Origin: an uncultured Roseibium sp.
Lineage (GTDB): Bacteria; Pseudomonadota; Alphaproteobacteria; Rhizobiales; Stappiaceae
Assembly: GCF_947499295.1 (NCBI RefSeq)
Contig: NZ_CANMNP010000021.1
Coordinates: 2,092 to 66,091, forward strand
Reading direction: 5' to 3'
Length of the DNA: 64,000 nt
The position numbers and the translations under genes were made by a program. The notes beneath the pieces were generated by a model. The model ran no database searches. It was given only the letters and a program-made list of their open reading frames with translations, and was not told the DNA's origin. Shown here piece after piece: positions 1 to 9,219 of this stretch; positions within the stretch are counted from its first letter, which is position 1, and each line of letters begins with the position of its first letter.

Positions 1-409
1 CTTCAGCACGGCGACGTGAGATACGAATGCCGACACCTTGAGCTTCGTCGAAGATCTCCGGCTTGGTTACCTTGACCGTAACCCGCTCTGCCAAGGGATT
101 GGCGAGCACAAACTCTGCGACCGCTTCGGCCCAATCTTCAACCAGATCGATATGCCCGCCTGAAGCCGCTTTTTCCTGGATAAAAGTGACCGTGTCGGCG
201 TAGGAAACAAACGTTCCCTTTTCGCGCACGATTTTCCGGTAGCCGGGAATGGTAACGATTTCGACGTCGAACCGAACGGTTTGACGCCGCCCTTTCTCGC
301 TTTCCAGAATGCCGATCTCGGTTGGCAGCAACAATCCGTCGATCAGGATGGTGTCCTGAGCCTCCTCGATCAGTTCGTGTTTCAGCGGCAGGTCAGAATG
401 GACGGACAT
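1..409 (-). CDS. folB: Dihydroneopterin aldolase (3' end runs off window)
   Basis: Translated by hand (absent from the ORF track because no stop lies in the window): MSVHSDLPLKHELIEEAQDTILIDGLLLPTEIGILESEKGRRQTVRFDVEI...VSYADTV...GGHIDLVEDWAEAVAEFVL...VTVKVTKPEIFDEAQGVGIRISR. FolB-type IG..E...Q..D, SY and KP motifs. CAGGAG RBS upstream of ATG at 409. Confidence 0.85.
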   Translation of the reverse strand, partial: MSVHSDLPLKHELIEEAQDTILIDGLLLPTEIGILESEKGRRQTVRFDVEIVTIPGYRKIVREKGTFVSYADTVTFIQEKAASGGHIDLVEDWAEAVAEFVLANPLAERVTVKVTKPEIFDEAQGVGIRISRRRAE

Positions 410-617
410 TGAAACTCCTGTGTCCCGGGCGGTAAACGTGTGGTCATGGATGTAACCACATCCCGCACGGGGTCAAGTTGCTCAGGTCTCAAGTCTTGCT
501 TTGTGATGCTGCGCGCACAAATCAGCTGAGCCTGTGAGACACGGCTCAAAGCCAAGGCACTTGACCGCAGCAAACTTGCGGCAACCGCGGCCTGCTTGTC
601 GTCGCAATCTGGCTCTG

Positions 618-1643
618 TCAAGCACCCCAAGTGTCGCTCAACCGGTACCCGCTCGGCCAGGGATCGTCGGGATCCAGCATGTGCTGGTGAATTCCGGTAA
701 TCCACCCTCTTCCTGAGATTTCCGGGACAATTCCGGCGCGATCACCGATCCTCTGCTCTTTGACGATCCGGCCGAGAAACGTCGATCCGATGATTGAGAC
801 AGCCTTGAATTCCTGGCCGACACTCATTTCCCCCTTTGCGGCCAAGAGCGCCATGCGTGCCGACACTGCCGTTCCGGTTGGTGACCGGTCGATCTTACCA
901 GGCTGAATGGCGACCGCAGATTTCCCTGTGAGCCCGTTCGTCATCGGGGTCAGCGGCCCGCAATAAGCGCAAAATGAAATATGGTTCCAGTCAGGAACCT
1001 CGGGATGATGAAATCCAAGCTGTTCATTGGCTGCATTGGTGATCCGTACACCAAGGCTGGCAAGATCCTTGGCTCCATCTTCTTCGATGGCAAATCCGAG
1101 TTCACCGGCGTCGACCACAACGAAGCTGTCGCCGCCATAAGCCGTATCGACCGTTAAAGTGCCTATGCCTTCGACTTCCAGAGGGACCGAAATCTTGTCT
1201 GCGAAACTGGTCAGATTCTGGACCATAATCCGAACGGCCTTACCCTCACGGCATTCGGCCTTCACCTGCACCAGCCCGCCCGGCGCTTCCAGTGTCATGT
1301 CCGTGAAAGGCTCTTGCATCGGAATAATGCCGGCATCAAGCAGCACCGTGGACACACAAATAGAATTCGAGCCCGACATTGGTGGCGTGTCTTCGGGTTC
1401 CATGATGATGAACGCCGCATCGGCCTTTGGATGTTTGGGCGGCACGAGAAGATTGACATGCCGAAAGACACCGCCGCGTGGCTCGTTCAAGACGAAGTTT
1501 CGCAGGGTTTGGTCATTGGCAATATGGCTGCGTTGCTCCCAGAGCGTTTCGCCCGGAGGAGGAGCGACACCCCCGACAATCACATCGCCAACCTCACCTT
1601 CCGCATGGCAGGAAATCACATGGATGGTTTTGGCGCTGCGCAT
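618..1643 (-). CDS. Proline racemase family, Ser/Thr dyad; probable trans-3-hydroxy-L-proline dehydratase
   Basis: HAEGE N-terminus. MSGSN (Ser at the first catalytic site) and DRSPTGT (Thr at the second) replace the Cys/Cys pair. Lies in the hydroxyproline operon. Confidence 0.75.
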   Translation of the reverse strand: MRSAKTIHVISCHAEGEVGDVIVGGVAPPPGETLWEQRSHIANDQTLRNFVLNEPRGGVFRHVNLLVPPKHPKADAAFIIMEPEDTPPMSGSNSICVSTVLLDAGIIPMQEPFTDMTLEAPGGLVQVKAECREGKAVRIMVQNLTSFADKISVPLEVEGIGTLTVDTAYGGDSFVVVDAGELGFAIEEDGAKDLASLGVRITNAANEQLGFHHPEVPDWNHISFCAYCGPLTPMTNGLTGKSAVAIQPGKIDRSPTGTAVSARMALLAAKGEMSVGQEFKAVSIIGSTFLGRIVKEQRIGDRAGIVPEISGRGWITGIHQHMLDPDDPWPSGYRLSDTWGA

Positions 1644-1652
1644 GAATCTGCC

Positions 1653-2756
1653 TCAAGTGTATCTGGCAACAGGAGCGCCCAACGCGTCAAAAATCGGCTC
1701 AATTCCCAGCCCCGGACGATCAGTGGCGGTCATGCGGCCATTCACCCGCTTTGGCGCACCGTCTGCAATATCTACCGTGCCATAACTGTTGAAATCCGTC
1801 GCCGAAAACGTGAATTCGGCAGGTGTTGAACGTGCAAGATGCGCGATGGCCGCTGTCGTAATGTCACCGCCCCATGTGTCTTCGATTGTCATCGGGATCC
1901 CATGTGCCACGCAAAGGTCCCGCATCAACTTGGCCCTGGTAAGCCCACCAACTTTTGAGATCTTCAGGTTGATGCAATCCATGGCATCTTCGGCAATACC
2001 CCTGACCAGCATATTAGGTCCATCGATGACCTCATCCAGCACAAAGGGCAATGTGGTGCGACGCCGGATAGAGAGGCATTCCTCGTAGGTCAGACAGGGC
2101 TGTTCGATATAAACGTCAAGATCAGCAACCGCACCAACAACACGTGCGGCCTCATGGCGGTTCCAACCGGTATTTGCATCGGCAACCAACAGATCAGTTG
2201 ACTTTAGAACGGCCCGTGTGGCGCGAATGCGCTCGATATCGTCATTCGCATTCCCACCCACCTTGAGTTGGAACTTGGTGTAACCCTCCGCCGCATAACC
2301 CTCTATCTTGCCGGCCATGACCTCCGGCGCTTCCTGACTGATCGCCCGGTAAAGAACAACATCATCCTGCGCAGCTCCGCCAAGCAGGGTAAAAAGCGGC
2401 TGCCCTGTAGCCTTGCCCAAAAGATCCCAGCAAGCGATATCGATCGGCGCTTTTGCATAAGGATGTCCACGCAGCGCGGCATCCATGACCCGATTGATGT
2501 CTCCGATATTGAGTGGGTTCCGGCCGATCAGCTGAGGGGAAAGCTCCTCAAGTCCCGCCCTCACACCGCGGGCAAAACTCGGCAGATAGGCAGATCCGAG
2601 CGGACAGCATTCAGCATATCCCTTCAAGCCTTCATCGGTTTCGACTTCAACGACCGTGCTGTCGAAAACCTCGACAAAGTTTCCATTCGACCAGCTGTAC
2701 CGTCCTTCTTTCAAGGGAAGGTCGACCTGATAGACGTTGATGGCCGAAATTTTCAT
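1653..2756 (-). CDS. Enolase superfamily (MLE subgroup) cis-3-hydroxy-L-proline dehydratase
   Basis: QLKVG, VADAN, IEQP, VLDE and NLKISK motifs. The sequence ([18 protein letters not shown]...[11 protein letters not shown]) closely matches my recollection of the Labrenzia aggregata cis-3-Hyp dehydratase, and the gene context agrees. Confidence 0.8.
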   Translation of the reverse strand: MKISAINVYQVDLPLKEGRYSWSNGNFVEVFDSTVVEVETDEGLKGYAECCPLGSAYLPSFARGVRAGLEELSPQLIGRNPLNIGDINRVMDAALRGHPYAKAPIDIACWDLLGKATGQPLFTLLGGAAQDDVVLYRAISQEAPEVMAGKIEGYAAEGYTKFQLKVGGNANDDIERIRATRAVLKSTDLLVADANTGWNRHEAARVVGAVADLDVYIEQPCLTYEECLSIRRRTTLPFVLDEVIDGPNMLVRGIAEDAMDCINLKISKVGGLTRAKLMRDLCVAHGIPMTIEDTWGGDITTAAIAHLARSTPAEFTFSATDFNSYGTVDIADGAPKRVNGRMTATDRPGLGIEPIFDALGAPVARYT

Positions 2757-2774
2757 ATAGCTCTCCTTGCGGAT

Positions 2775-4025
2775 CTAGAAGCGGCGTGCGGAAAAAGCGC
2801 TCATGTCGATTGGCAGTGAGGCATCCGACGCCAATGCCGCCACCAGTTCGGCCGTTCCGGCTGATTGGGTCAACCCCAGATGACCATGACCGAAAGCATA
2901 AAGGACCCGGCGGTCGTTCGGAGACCGGTCAATAACCGGCAAACTGTCGGGCAGCGACGGCCGGAAGCCCATCCATTGGCGCCCCCCCTCGGTTTTAAGA
3001 CCGGGCAAAAAGCTCTGCGCCTTCTTCAACAAAATCTCAGATCGCTTGTAGTTGGGCTCAAGGTTGAGCCCACCCAGCTCAACAGCCCCACCAACACGAA
3101 CACCACCATTGATCCTGGTCACCACAAATCCGTGCCCGGAAAAACTCAAATGGGTTTTCAGATCAAATGCACCCTGAGGCAGGGTGGTGTTGTACCCGCG
3201 CTCGGTTTCAAGCGGGATCCTGTCACCGATTGATCGGGCGATATGATGTGACCAGGCACCGGCACAAACGACCACCTGTTTTGCCCCAAGACACTTTCCT
3301 TCGAGCTGGACGCTAACGCATGTGCTTTCAGATTTGAGCGTTTTGACGTCACCCGCACCGATCTCTCCACCGCGCTCCAGAAACCTTGCCCGCAGGCGAT
3401 CTAGCCAACGAGCCGGATCACAGGTGTTGATCCAGTCCGGTGTAAATCCGGCATGTGTAAATCGTCGATCGAGACCTGGTTGATAAGCGGCAATTGCGTC
3501 CGGCGTTTCAAGCAGTTCAAACCGGACCCCATGTTCACCGCGCCTTTGCCAGACGGGTAAGCTTGCCGCGAATTCCTTTGCACCCTCGAACAACTGCAGC
3601 TGACCCTCACGTTGAAGAAGCTCCTCACCATCAACATCTGCGACAAGGGCGTAAAGAGCCGACTGCGACACTTGCATCAGGCTGGCCTGCGCTCTCAGGG
3701 CAAGTTGGTGTCTATCCGGCCAGCTTGCGCGCCAGAAGCGCAACATCCAGGGCGCAATCTTGAACGCATAAGATGGCGGGATGGAGAGTGGGCCGAGCGG
3801 ATCCAGAAGCCACTTTGGCGCTTTTCGCATAATGCCCGGCGTTGCGAGTGGCTCGATGTCGGAAAAGGCAAAGGCACCGGCGTTCATTTCCGATGCCCTT
3901 TGAGACGTTTTCTGCCTGTCAACGATCAGAACGGACCGACCTCTGGATTGCAAGGCCAGAGCGCTGCAGATGCCCACGACCCCGGCACCTATTACAATGA
4001 CATCCTGCACCTGACTGCCAGCCAT
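2775..4025 (-). CDS. FAD-dependent D-amino acid dehydrogenase (probable D-hydroxyproline dehydrogenase)
   Basis: GAGVVG dinucleotide fold, WMGFRPSLPDSLPVI and FGHGHLGLTQ DadA-family motifs. Adjacent to the Hyp epimerase. Confidence 0.8.
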   Translation of the reverse strand: MAGSQVQDVIVIGAGVVGICSALALQSRGRSVLIVDRQKTSQRASEMNAGAFAFSDIEPLATPGIMRKAPKWLLDPLGPLSIPPSYAFKIAPWMLRFWRASWPDRHQLALRAQASLMQVSQSALYALVADVDGEELLQREGQLQLFEGAKEFAASLPVWQRRGEHGVRFELLETPDAIAAYQPGLDRRFTHAGFTPDWINTCDPARWLDRLRARFLERGGEIGAGDVKTLKSESTCVSVQLEGKCLGAKQVVVCAGAWSHHIARSIGDRIPLETERGYNTTLPQGAFDLKTHLSFSGHGFVVTRINGGVRVGGAVELGGLNLEPNYKRSEILLKKAQSFLPGLKTEGGRQWMGFRPSLPDSLPVIDRSPNDRRVLYAFGHGHLGLTQSAGTAELVAALASDASLPIDMSAFSARRF

Positions 4026-4078
4026 GGCCGAACCCCTGCTTAAGGCCTGCGGGTTACAACCTCCGCAAGCAATTCTCT

Positions 4079-5011
4079 CTAAAGGCGAATGCCAGATCTA
4101 TAAGGATCGCCAGGTTCAAAGATGAGATGGGCTTCAGAGGTCACGAAAGCCTGTCCCCTGACCTGAGGAACAACGCCGCCATTCTGCCCGGGCTGGTAGC
4201 TCATATCGTAGGTGCTTCCAACAATGCTCTCCTGCCTCCAGGGCTCACCTGGGGCAAGCAGACCGTCCTCAGCCAAACAAGCGAGTTTGGCCGAACAGCC
4301 TGTGCCGCACGGTGAACGGTCATAGGCTCCTCCGGGACAAAGCACGAAGTTCCGGCTGTTGGCGGTTGGCTCGACCGGTGAGCCGAACAGTTCGACATGA
4401 TCGATCCAGGCGCCGTCAGCGCCGGTGACACCGGCGCTTTCAAGTCCACTTCTGATCTTAAGTGTCAGGTCTGTAAGGGCACGGATGTTCGAACCGGCAA
4501 GTGCCAGCGGGCTTTCTTTGACAAGAAAAAACCAGTTGCCGCCCCAGGCAACATCGCCGGTTACCGGACCGATGCCTTCGACCTCAATCGTGACGCCCTT
4601 GGCATATCGGTAGCTTTCGACGTTGGTCACGGAAACCGTATTTGGGTCCAGAAGATCGACGTCGACAACGCCGACAGGTGTTTCAAACTTGTGCGCACCG
4701 ATGCCAATGCGGTTCAAATGCGCAAGCGTGACCGCAAGCCCGATTGTCGCGTGGCCGCACATCCCAAGGTTCTGAAGATTGTTGAAATAGATGACACCAG
4801 TGGCGCAATCTTCTCGGGTCGGCGGCACCAGGAGTGCACCTATGATCGCATCATGCCCTCTGGGTTCCAGAACAACAGACGCGCAGAAATCCATATATTC
4901 AGCTTCCAGCCGTGCCGCGCGTTCTGGAAGTGGCCCGGACCCCAAATCCGGACCGCCCTCGATCACAACACGTGTTGGCTCACCCGCCGTATGACTGTCG
5001 ACTACGCGCAT
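4079..5011 (-). CDS. lhpA: 4-hydroxyproline 2-epimerase (proline racemase family, Cys/Cys)
   Basis: DSHTAGEPTR, MCGH and DRSPCGTG motifs. Start reassigned to ATG 5011 (MRVVDSH). Confidence 0.85.
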   Translation of the reverse strand: MRVVDSHTAGEPTRVVIEGGPDLGSGPLPERAARLEAEYMDFCASVVLEPRGHDAIIGALLVPPTREDCATGVIYFNNLQNLGMCGHATIGLAVTLAHLNRIGIGAHKFETPVGVVDVDLLDPNTVSVTNVESYRYAKGVTIEVEGIGPVTGDVAWGGNWFFLVKESPLALAGSNIRALTDLTLKIRSGLESAGVTGADGAWIDHVELFGSPVEPTANSRNFVLCPGGAYDRSPCGTGCSAKLACLAEDGLLAPGEPWRQESIVGSTYDMSYQPGQNGGVVPQVRGQAFVTSEAHLIFEPGDPYRSGIRL

Positions 5012-5961
5012 TCGGCAATCACGCCTCCCTGTTTCGACCAATCGGCATACCAGGTTTTGAACAGCTCATATTGCGCTTCAACGTAGTTGCGCTGCGCGTC
5101 GGTCAACGCATCGGTTTCATTGAAATGCAGTCGATAGGCGTCCTCACCGTTCATGACCATCAGATGTTTGTAATAGAGAACAAGGTCTGGGCCTTCGTCG
5201 AAACTGGACAGAACCGCCAGCGCCTCTTCCAGCTCTTTTGCCCTTAAACGCGCCTCCGCATTCCCTGCCGCAGCTCTTTTGCAGAGAGAAACAAGAAGCA
5301 GCACCTCACGCGGCAGCGCGTTTCCGATACCGGTAATCGCCCCAGTCGCACCGCAGTTGACAAAGCCATGATAGACCGCGGTATCAACACCAACCATCAG
5401 CGTGACCTCGTCGTCCTGCGATGTGATGTTTTCTGCCGCATATCGCAGATCGTCCGGGCCACCGAACTCCTTGAAGCCGACGAGATTTGGATGATCCTTT
5501 CTCAAGTCGAAAAAGAGGTCTGCTCTCGTCGCAAATCCATAATACGGGCTGTTGTAGATGACTGCCGGAAGATTTGGTGCTGCAGCCAGGATCGCGCTGA
5601 AGTGCTGGCGCTGCGCGGACGCTGATACTCCGCGTGAGAGAACTCTCGGAATGACCATGAGGCCATGCGCACCAACTTTTGCGGCATGCCTCGCATGGGA
5701 GACCGCCGACGCGGAATTGATTGCGCCAGTGCCCACGACCACGGGAACGCCTGCTTTGACCAGACGCTCCACGCCCTCCATGCGGGCTTCGTCGGTCAAT
5801 AGCGGCCAATCTCCCATGGAACCGCAATAGACGACAGCCGACATGCCGACCTCCATCAGCTCCTGACCCTTTTTCACCAGAGCATCATAATCGGGCGAGC
5901 GGTCGGCTTTGCACGGCGTCATAAGTGCCGGCATGCATCCGGAAAAAACATTCGACGACAT
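5002..5961 (-). CDS. lhpC: DHDPS-family delta1-pyrroline-4-hydroxy-2-carboxylate deaminase
   Basis: GSMGDWP, YNSPYYG and GFKEFGG motifs. AGGAG RBS before ATG 5961. First gene of the Hyp operon. Confidence 0.8.
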   Translation of the reverse strand: MSSNVFSGCMPALMTPCKADRSPDYDALVKKGQELMEVGMSAVVYCGSMGDWPLLTDEARMEGVERLVKAGVPVVVGTGAINSASAVSHARHAAKVGAHGLMVIPRVLSRGVSASAQRQHFSAILAAAPNLPAVIYNSPYYGFATRADLFFDLRKDHPNLVGFKEFGGPDDLRYAAENITSQDDEVTLMVGVDTAVYHGFVNCGATGAITGIGNALPREVLLLVSLCKRAAAGNAEARLRAKELEEALAVLSSFDEGPDLVLYYKHLMVMNGEDAYRLHFNETDALTDAQRNYVEAQYELFKTWYADWSKQGGVIAECA

Positions 5962-6275
5962 TATCAACTCCTTACAGGGTCAGACAGTACAAGAAAATCG
6001 AGACGCCTGACGTCACGATGATTGCGCTGGCGAGCGCACATTGGCAAGAAAACTGCGCGTCTTCCCTTAAACTCAGGTTCCTGAATCCATCGGTAGAGCC
6101 CGTGGCCGTGTGGCCTGAAACCATTGCCCACCCGGCAAAGGCCAGACCATGGTTACGTCAATGATGAGCATTCGCATCGAAACAGTCGTATCCCATTCTA
6201 GCGAGGCACCGCTTCGCGGCGAATACTCAACCCTCGCAGTCCTACAATTCCCTCTCAACGGGATTGATAATCTAA

Positions 6276-6287
6276 ATTGGATCCAAT
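6276..6287. promoter_or_regulatory. Perfect 12-bp palindrome ATTGGATCCAAT, candidate GntR operator
   Basis: Lies in the AT-rich divergent region between the hyp operon and gntR. Confidence 0.4.
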
Positions 6288-6372
6288 ATTCAATATAAAA
6301 TATTCAAAAGCATTCCCTCTTCACGCAAACGGGCCGATCCCGTACAAGTCTGAAGTCAAGGAGAACGGGCAC

Positions 6373-7026
6373 ATGAAACTGGAATCGATGGACATTTCGG
6401 CGACTGCATCGGCGTCCTCGATTGTGTTCAGTGCGCTCAGGAAGGCCATTATCGAAGGCCAGCTCGAGGAGGGCGAACCTCTTCGGCAAGACGAAATTGC
6501 CAGGCTTTTCAACACCAGCCGGATCCCGGTTCGCGAAGCAATATCCAGGCTTGAAGAACAAGGACTGGTTAGAACACAGCGGTACAAAGGAGCGGTTGTC
6601 GCTGGCTTGTCTCCAAAGGAAACAGCCGAAATTTTCGACCTGCGCGCTCTGGTCGAGCCCGAAATTATCCGGGATGCCGTGCCGCGCATGACACCTGAAC
6701 TCCTGAGGACTGCACGAAAGAAATGCGCAGCATTCTCATCGGCCAAAGATCCGATGCACTACGGCGATCTCAATCGGGATTTTCACGAGACGCTTTATAG
6801 CGTCAGTGAACTGAAGTTCTTTCTGGAGATTGCCGACAACGCAATCGACCGGGTCGAACGGCAAATTCGCGCCCAGCTGGTAATGTCCGATGGCATGGAA
6901 CGGGCAAGCACCGAGCATGCGTCCATCCTGAACGCCTGCGAATCCGGCAATGCCGAACTTGCTGCGAAACTGACACGGGATCACATTCGGGGCGCAAAGA
7001 AGTCATTGCTGCAACATCTGGCCTGA
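6373..7026 (+). CDS. GntR/FCD transcriptional regulator (HypR-like)
   Basis: wHTH LRQDEIARLFNTSRIPVREAI plus FCD domain (NRDFHETL, EHASIL). AAGGAG RBS before ATG 6373. Confidence 0.88.
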   Translation: MKLESMDISATASASSIVFSALRKAIIEGQLEEGEPLRQDEIARLFNTSRIPVREAISRLEEQGLVRTQRYKGAVVAGLSPKETAEIFDLRALVEPEIIRDAVPRMTPELLRTARKKCAAFSSAKDPMHYGDLNRDFHETLYSVSELKFFLEIADNAIDRVERQIRAQLVMSDGMERASTEHASILNACESGNAELAAKLTRDHIRGAKKSLLQHLA

Positions 7027-7027
7027 A

Positions 7028-7054
7028 CCTGCCCCGTCGCTCAAGTTGGGCAGG
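7028..7054. terminator. Hairpin between convergent genes
   Basis: CCTGCCC...GGGCAGG 7-bp stem right after the gntR stop. No clear U-tract. Confidence 0.35.
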
Positions 7055-7080
7055 ACGCCGAAACGCCCTGCAAGCAGTTT

Positions 7081-7452
7081 TCATTTTGAGAGGTCTTGGG
7101 CAAGCATAAGCGCGTTGCCGTCCGGATCATAAAATGTCGCTGTGCTGACCATTCCCTCGACCGTCTCAGTCGGTCCGTCAAATTTGACGTCAACCCCCTC
7201 CAACGCCGTCCGTGCCGCCTCAATATCGGCGACGCCGAAAACGGGAACAGTGTTCCCGGGTGAAGGCTCCGCCTGCTCACCCAATCCCAGAGTGACCCCT
7301 TCAGTCTTGGTTTGCATCTCGCTCCAACCGGCCTCGTCAAAATGATAAAGCAGCTCGAAGCCGAGTTTCTCCACATACCAGGCAGCACTGATATGCCTGT
7401 CGCGCACAGAAAGTGCCAAAGTGATTGTATTGTCCAAAGAAACTACCGACAT
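7081..7452 (-). CDS. VOC/glyoxalase family protein
   Basis: WYVEKLGF and TFYDPDGNALML motifs. Confidence 0.85.
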   Translation of the reverse strand: MSVVSLDNTITLALSVRDRHISAAWYVEKLGFELLYHFDEAGWSEMQTKTEGVTLGLGEQAEPSPGNTVPVFGVADIEAARTALEGVDVKFDGPTETVEGMVSTATFYDPDGNALMLAQDLSK

Positions 7453-7473
7453 GACGCTTTCCTATGTAGCAAA

Positions 7474-7490
7474 AATATAGTAACTATATT
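7474..7490. promoter_or_regulatory. Inverted repeat AATATAG-TAA-CTATATT, candidate operator of the HxlR-type regulator
   Basis: Fills much of the 40-bp gap between divergent VOC and HxlR genes and ends 2 nt before the HxlR ATG. Confidence 0.5.
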
Positions 7491-7492
7491 TC

Positions 7493-8029
7493 ATGGATAT
7501 CACCTTGCTTGTCAAGCTCACATCCAAAGCGTGGTCCTTGAAAATCCTCGCTCTCATGCATGCCGGCACTCCCGGGCGGCAAGCCCCGCTCATTGCTGCG
7601 ACAAGTGCAAGCCGCTCGGCTTTTGCATCGAGCCTTGATCATCTGGTGCAACTTGGCCTGCTTGAGAAAAATCCGGGGCACGGCCATCCTTTGCGACCGG
7701 AATTCCGGCTGACTGCACTTGGCGTTCCTGTGGCTGCCGTTGCAAGCAAGATCATCGGCACGGTGCCTGACGAAACTGCATTGGCCATAATTCGCCGAAA
7801 CTGGGCCGTGCCTATTTTGGCCATCACGGCGAAACCGACCCGATTTTCAATCATCAAATCCGAACTGGGCTCAATCACAGACCGTGCCCTGTCCAAGTCA
7901 TTGTGCACCTTGGAAGACCAGCAATGGCTCAAACGCGAGATTGACGTATCCCAGCGCGCTCCTTTCCCGACGTATCTTGCGGTGAATGCAGGCTTGCAGA
8001 TTAACAAGGCCATTAGTTTGAGCCCCTAA
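7493..8029 (+). CDS. Tandem HxlR-type winged-helix regulator
   Basis: Two wHTH units: WSLKILAL...LVQLGLLEK...FRLTALG and WAVPILA...RFSIIKSELGSITDRALSKSLCTLE. Confidence 0.75.
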   Translation: MDITLLVKLTSKAWSLKILALMHAGTPGRQAPLIAATSASRSAFASSLDHLVQLGLLEKNPGHGHPLRPEFRLTALGVPVAAVASKIIGTVPDETALAIIRRNWAVPILAITAKPTRFSIIKSELGSITDRALSKSLCTLEDQQWLKREIDVSQRAPFPTYLAVNAGLQINKAISLSP

Positions 8030-8143
8030 TGCCCGCACTTTGGGAACGTTCAAACTTGAGCAAATTGCTGACCTGGCGCCCAACAGTATCAGCACAACGA
8101 CCGTCCTCGACTGTCAACATCTGTCCTTTTCGGGAAAAGTACC

Positions 8144-8195
8144 TTGACAAATTGGAACGTTCCAGTTTTTATAAAAGTCAATTGGAACGTTCCAA
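8144..8195 (+). promoter_or_regulatory. sigma70-like promoter overlapped by two LacI-type operators TGGAACGTTCCA
   Basis: TTGACA at 8144-8149. TGGAACGTTCCA at 8153-8164 and TTGGAACGTTCCAA at 8182-8195. A weaker copy (GGGAACGTTCAA) lies at 8042-8053. Confidence 0.75.
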
Positions 8196-8213
8196 AAAAC
8201 TTAGGGAGACAAG

Positions 8214-9215
8214 ATGCGCTGGGGTCTTATTGGTGCAAGCCGAATTGCGTCGAGTTACGTCATTGATGCCATCCGGGCACAGGCAGACTGCGATATCCTG
8301 TCTGTCTTGAGCTCCAATGCATCTCGCGGCGCATCTTTCGCCGCAGACCACGGCATCGTGGACAGCTACACGGATCTTGACGCGCTTCTAACCGACCCGT
8401 CAGTCGACGCCGTTTACATCTCGACCACAAACGATAAGCACCACGCACAAGCCATGGCAGCCATTGCGGCCGGCAAACATGTTTTGTGTGAAAAACCGCT
8501 TGCAATGACGCTCGCCGAGGCCAACGAAATGGTACGCAGCGCTGAAGAAAAGGGTGTCGTCTTTGCGACCAATCATCATCTGCGCAACGCAGGATCGCAT
8601 CTTGCCATTCAAGATCTGATCGCGAACGGCCGCATTGGCAAAGTGCTCAGCGCACGCGTCTTTCACGCGGTCAATCTGCCGGAGCACCTCCGCGGTTGGC
8701 GCATCAATGACGCTGCAGCAGGCGGCGGTGTCATTCCGGACATCACCGTTCATGATGCCGACACCATCCGCTTTCATCTCTCTGAAGACCCTGTTGATGT
8801 GGTTGCCAAGTCTGGCTCTTCCGGCCTTGGCGAAGGCGTCGAGGACAGCGTCATGTCGGTCTGGAGCATGCCGTCGGGTGCGATGGTCCAGACCCATGAG
8901 AGCTTCACACATGGATATGCCGGGACCGGCATCGAGTTTCACGGCACAAAGGGCTCCATCTTCGCCCGCAACGTCATGACACAGGAACCTGTCGGCGAAA
9001 TCCGCCTGGTCGACGCGCAGGGTGAAGCGGCAATTTCCTACGAAAAGCACAATCTCTATCACCGCGCGCTCGGCTTGTTTGTTCAAGCCGTCGCGGGCCG
9101 TGGCCGGCCGTCAGCCAACGGTGTGGATGGCGTCAAGTCCCTGGCCGTCGCACTTGCAGTGCGTGAAGCAGCCAAATCCGGCAATGCCACTCGTGTCGAC
9201 TATGGAGGGTTATGA
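8214..9215 (+). CDS. afr: Gfo/Idh/MocA oxidoreductase, 1,5-anhydro-D-fructose reductase-like
   Basis: WGLIGAS, STTNxxH, HVLCEKPLA, TNHHLRNA, DITVHDADT and NVMTQxPVG closely follow my recollection of the Sinorhizobium Afr sequence. Confidence 0.75.
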   Translation: MRWGLIGASRIASSYVIDAIRAQADCDILSVLSSNASRGASFAADHGIVDSYTDLDALLTDPSVDAVYISTTNDKHHAQAMAAIAAGKHVLCEKPLAMTLAEANEMVRSAEEKGVVFATNHHLRNAGSHLAIQDLIANGRIGKVLSARVFHAVNLPEHLRGWRINDAAAGGGVIPDITVHDADTIRFHLSEDPVDVVAKSGSSGLGEGVEDSVMSVWSMPSGAMVQTHESFTHGYAGTGIEFHGTKGSIFARNVMTQEPVGEIRLVDAQGEAAISYEKHNLYHRALGLFVQAVAGRGRPSANGVDGVKSLAVALAVREAAKSGNATRVDYGGL

Positions 9216-9219
9216 GACC

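Noticed and set aside
1653-2756. Calling the enolase-family gene hpbD (Hyp-betaine epimerase) or muconate cycloisomerase
   Set aside because: Sequence and context fit the cis-3-hydroxyproline dehydratase better, and there are no betaine demethylase or catechol genes nearby.
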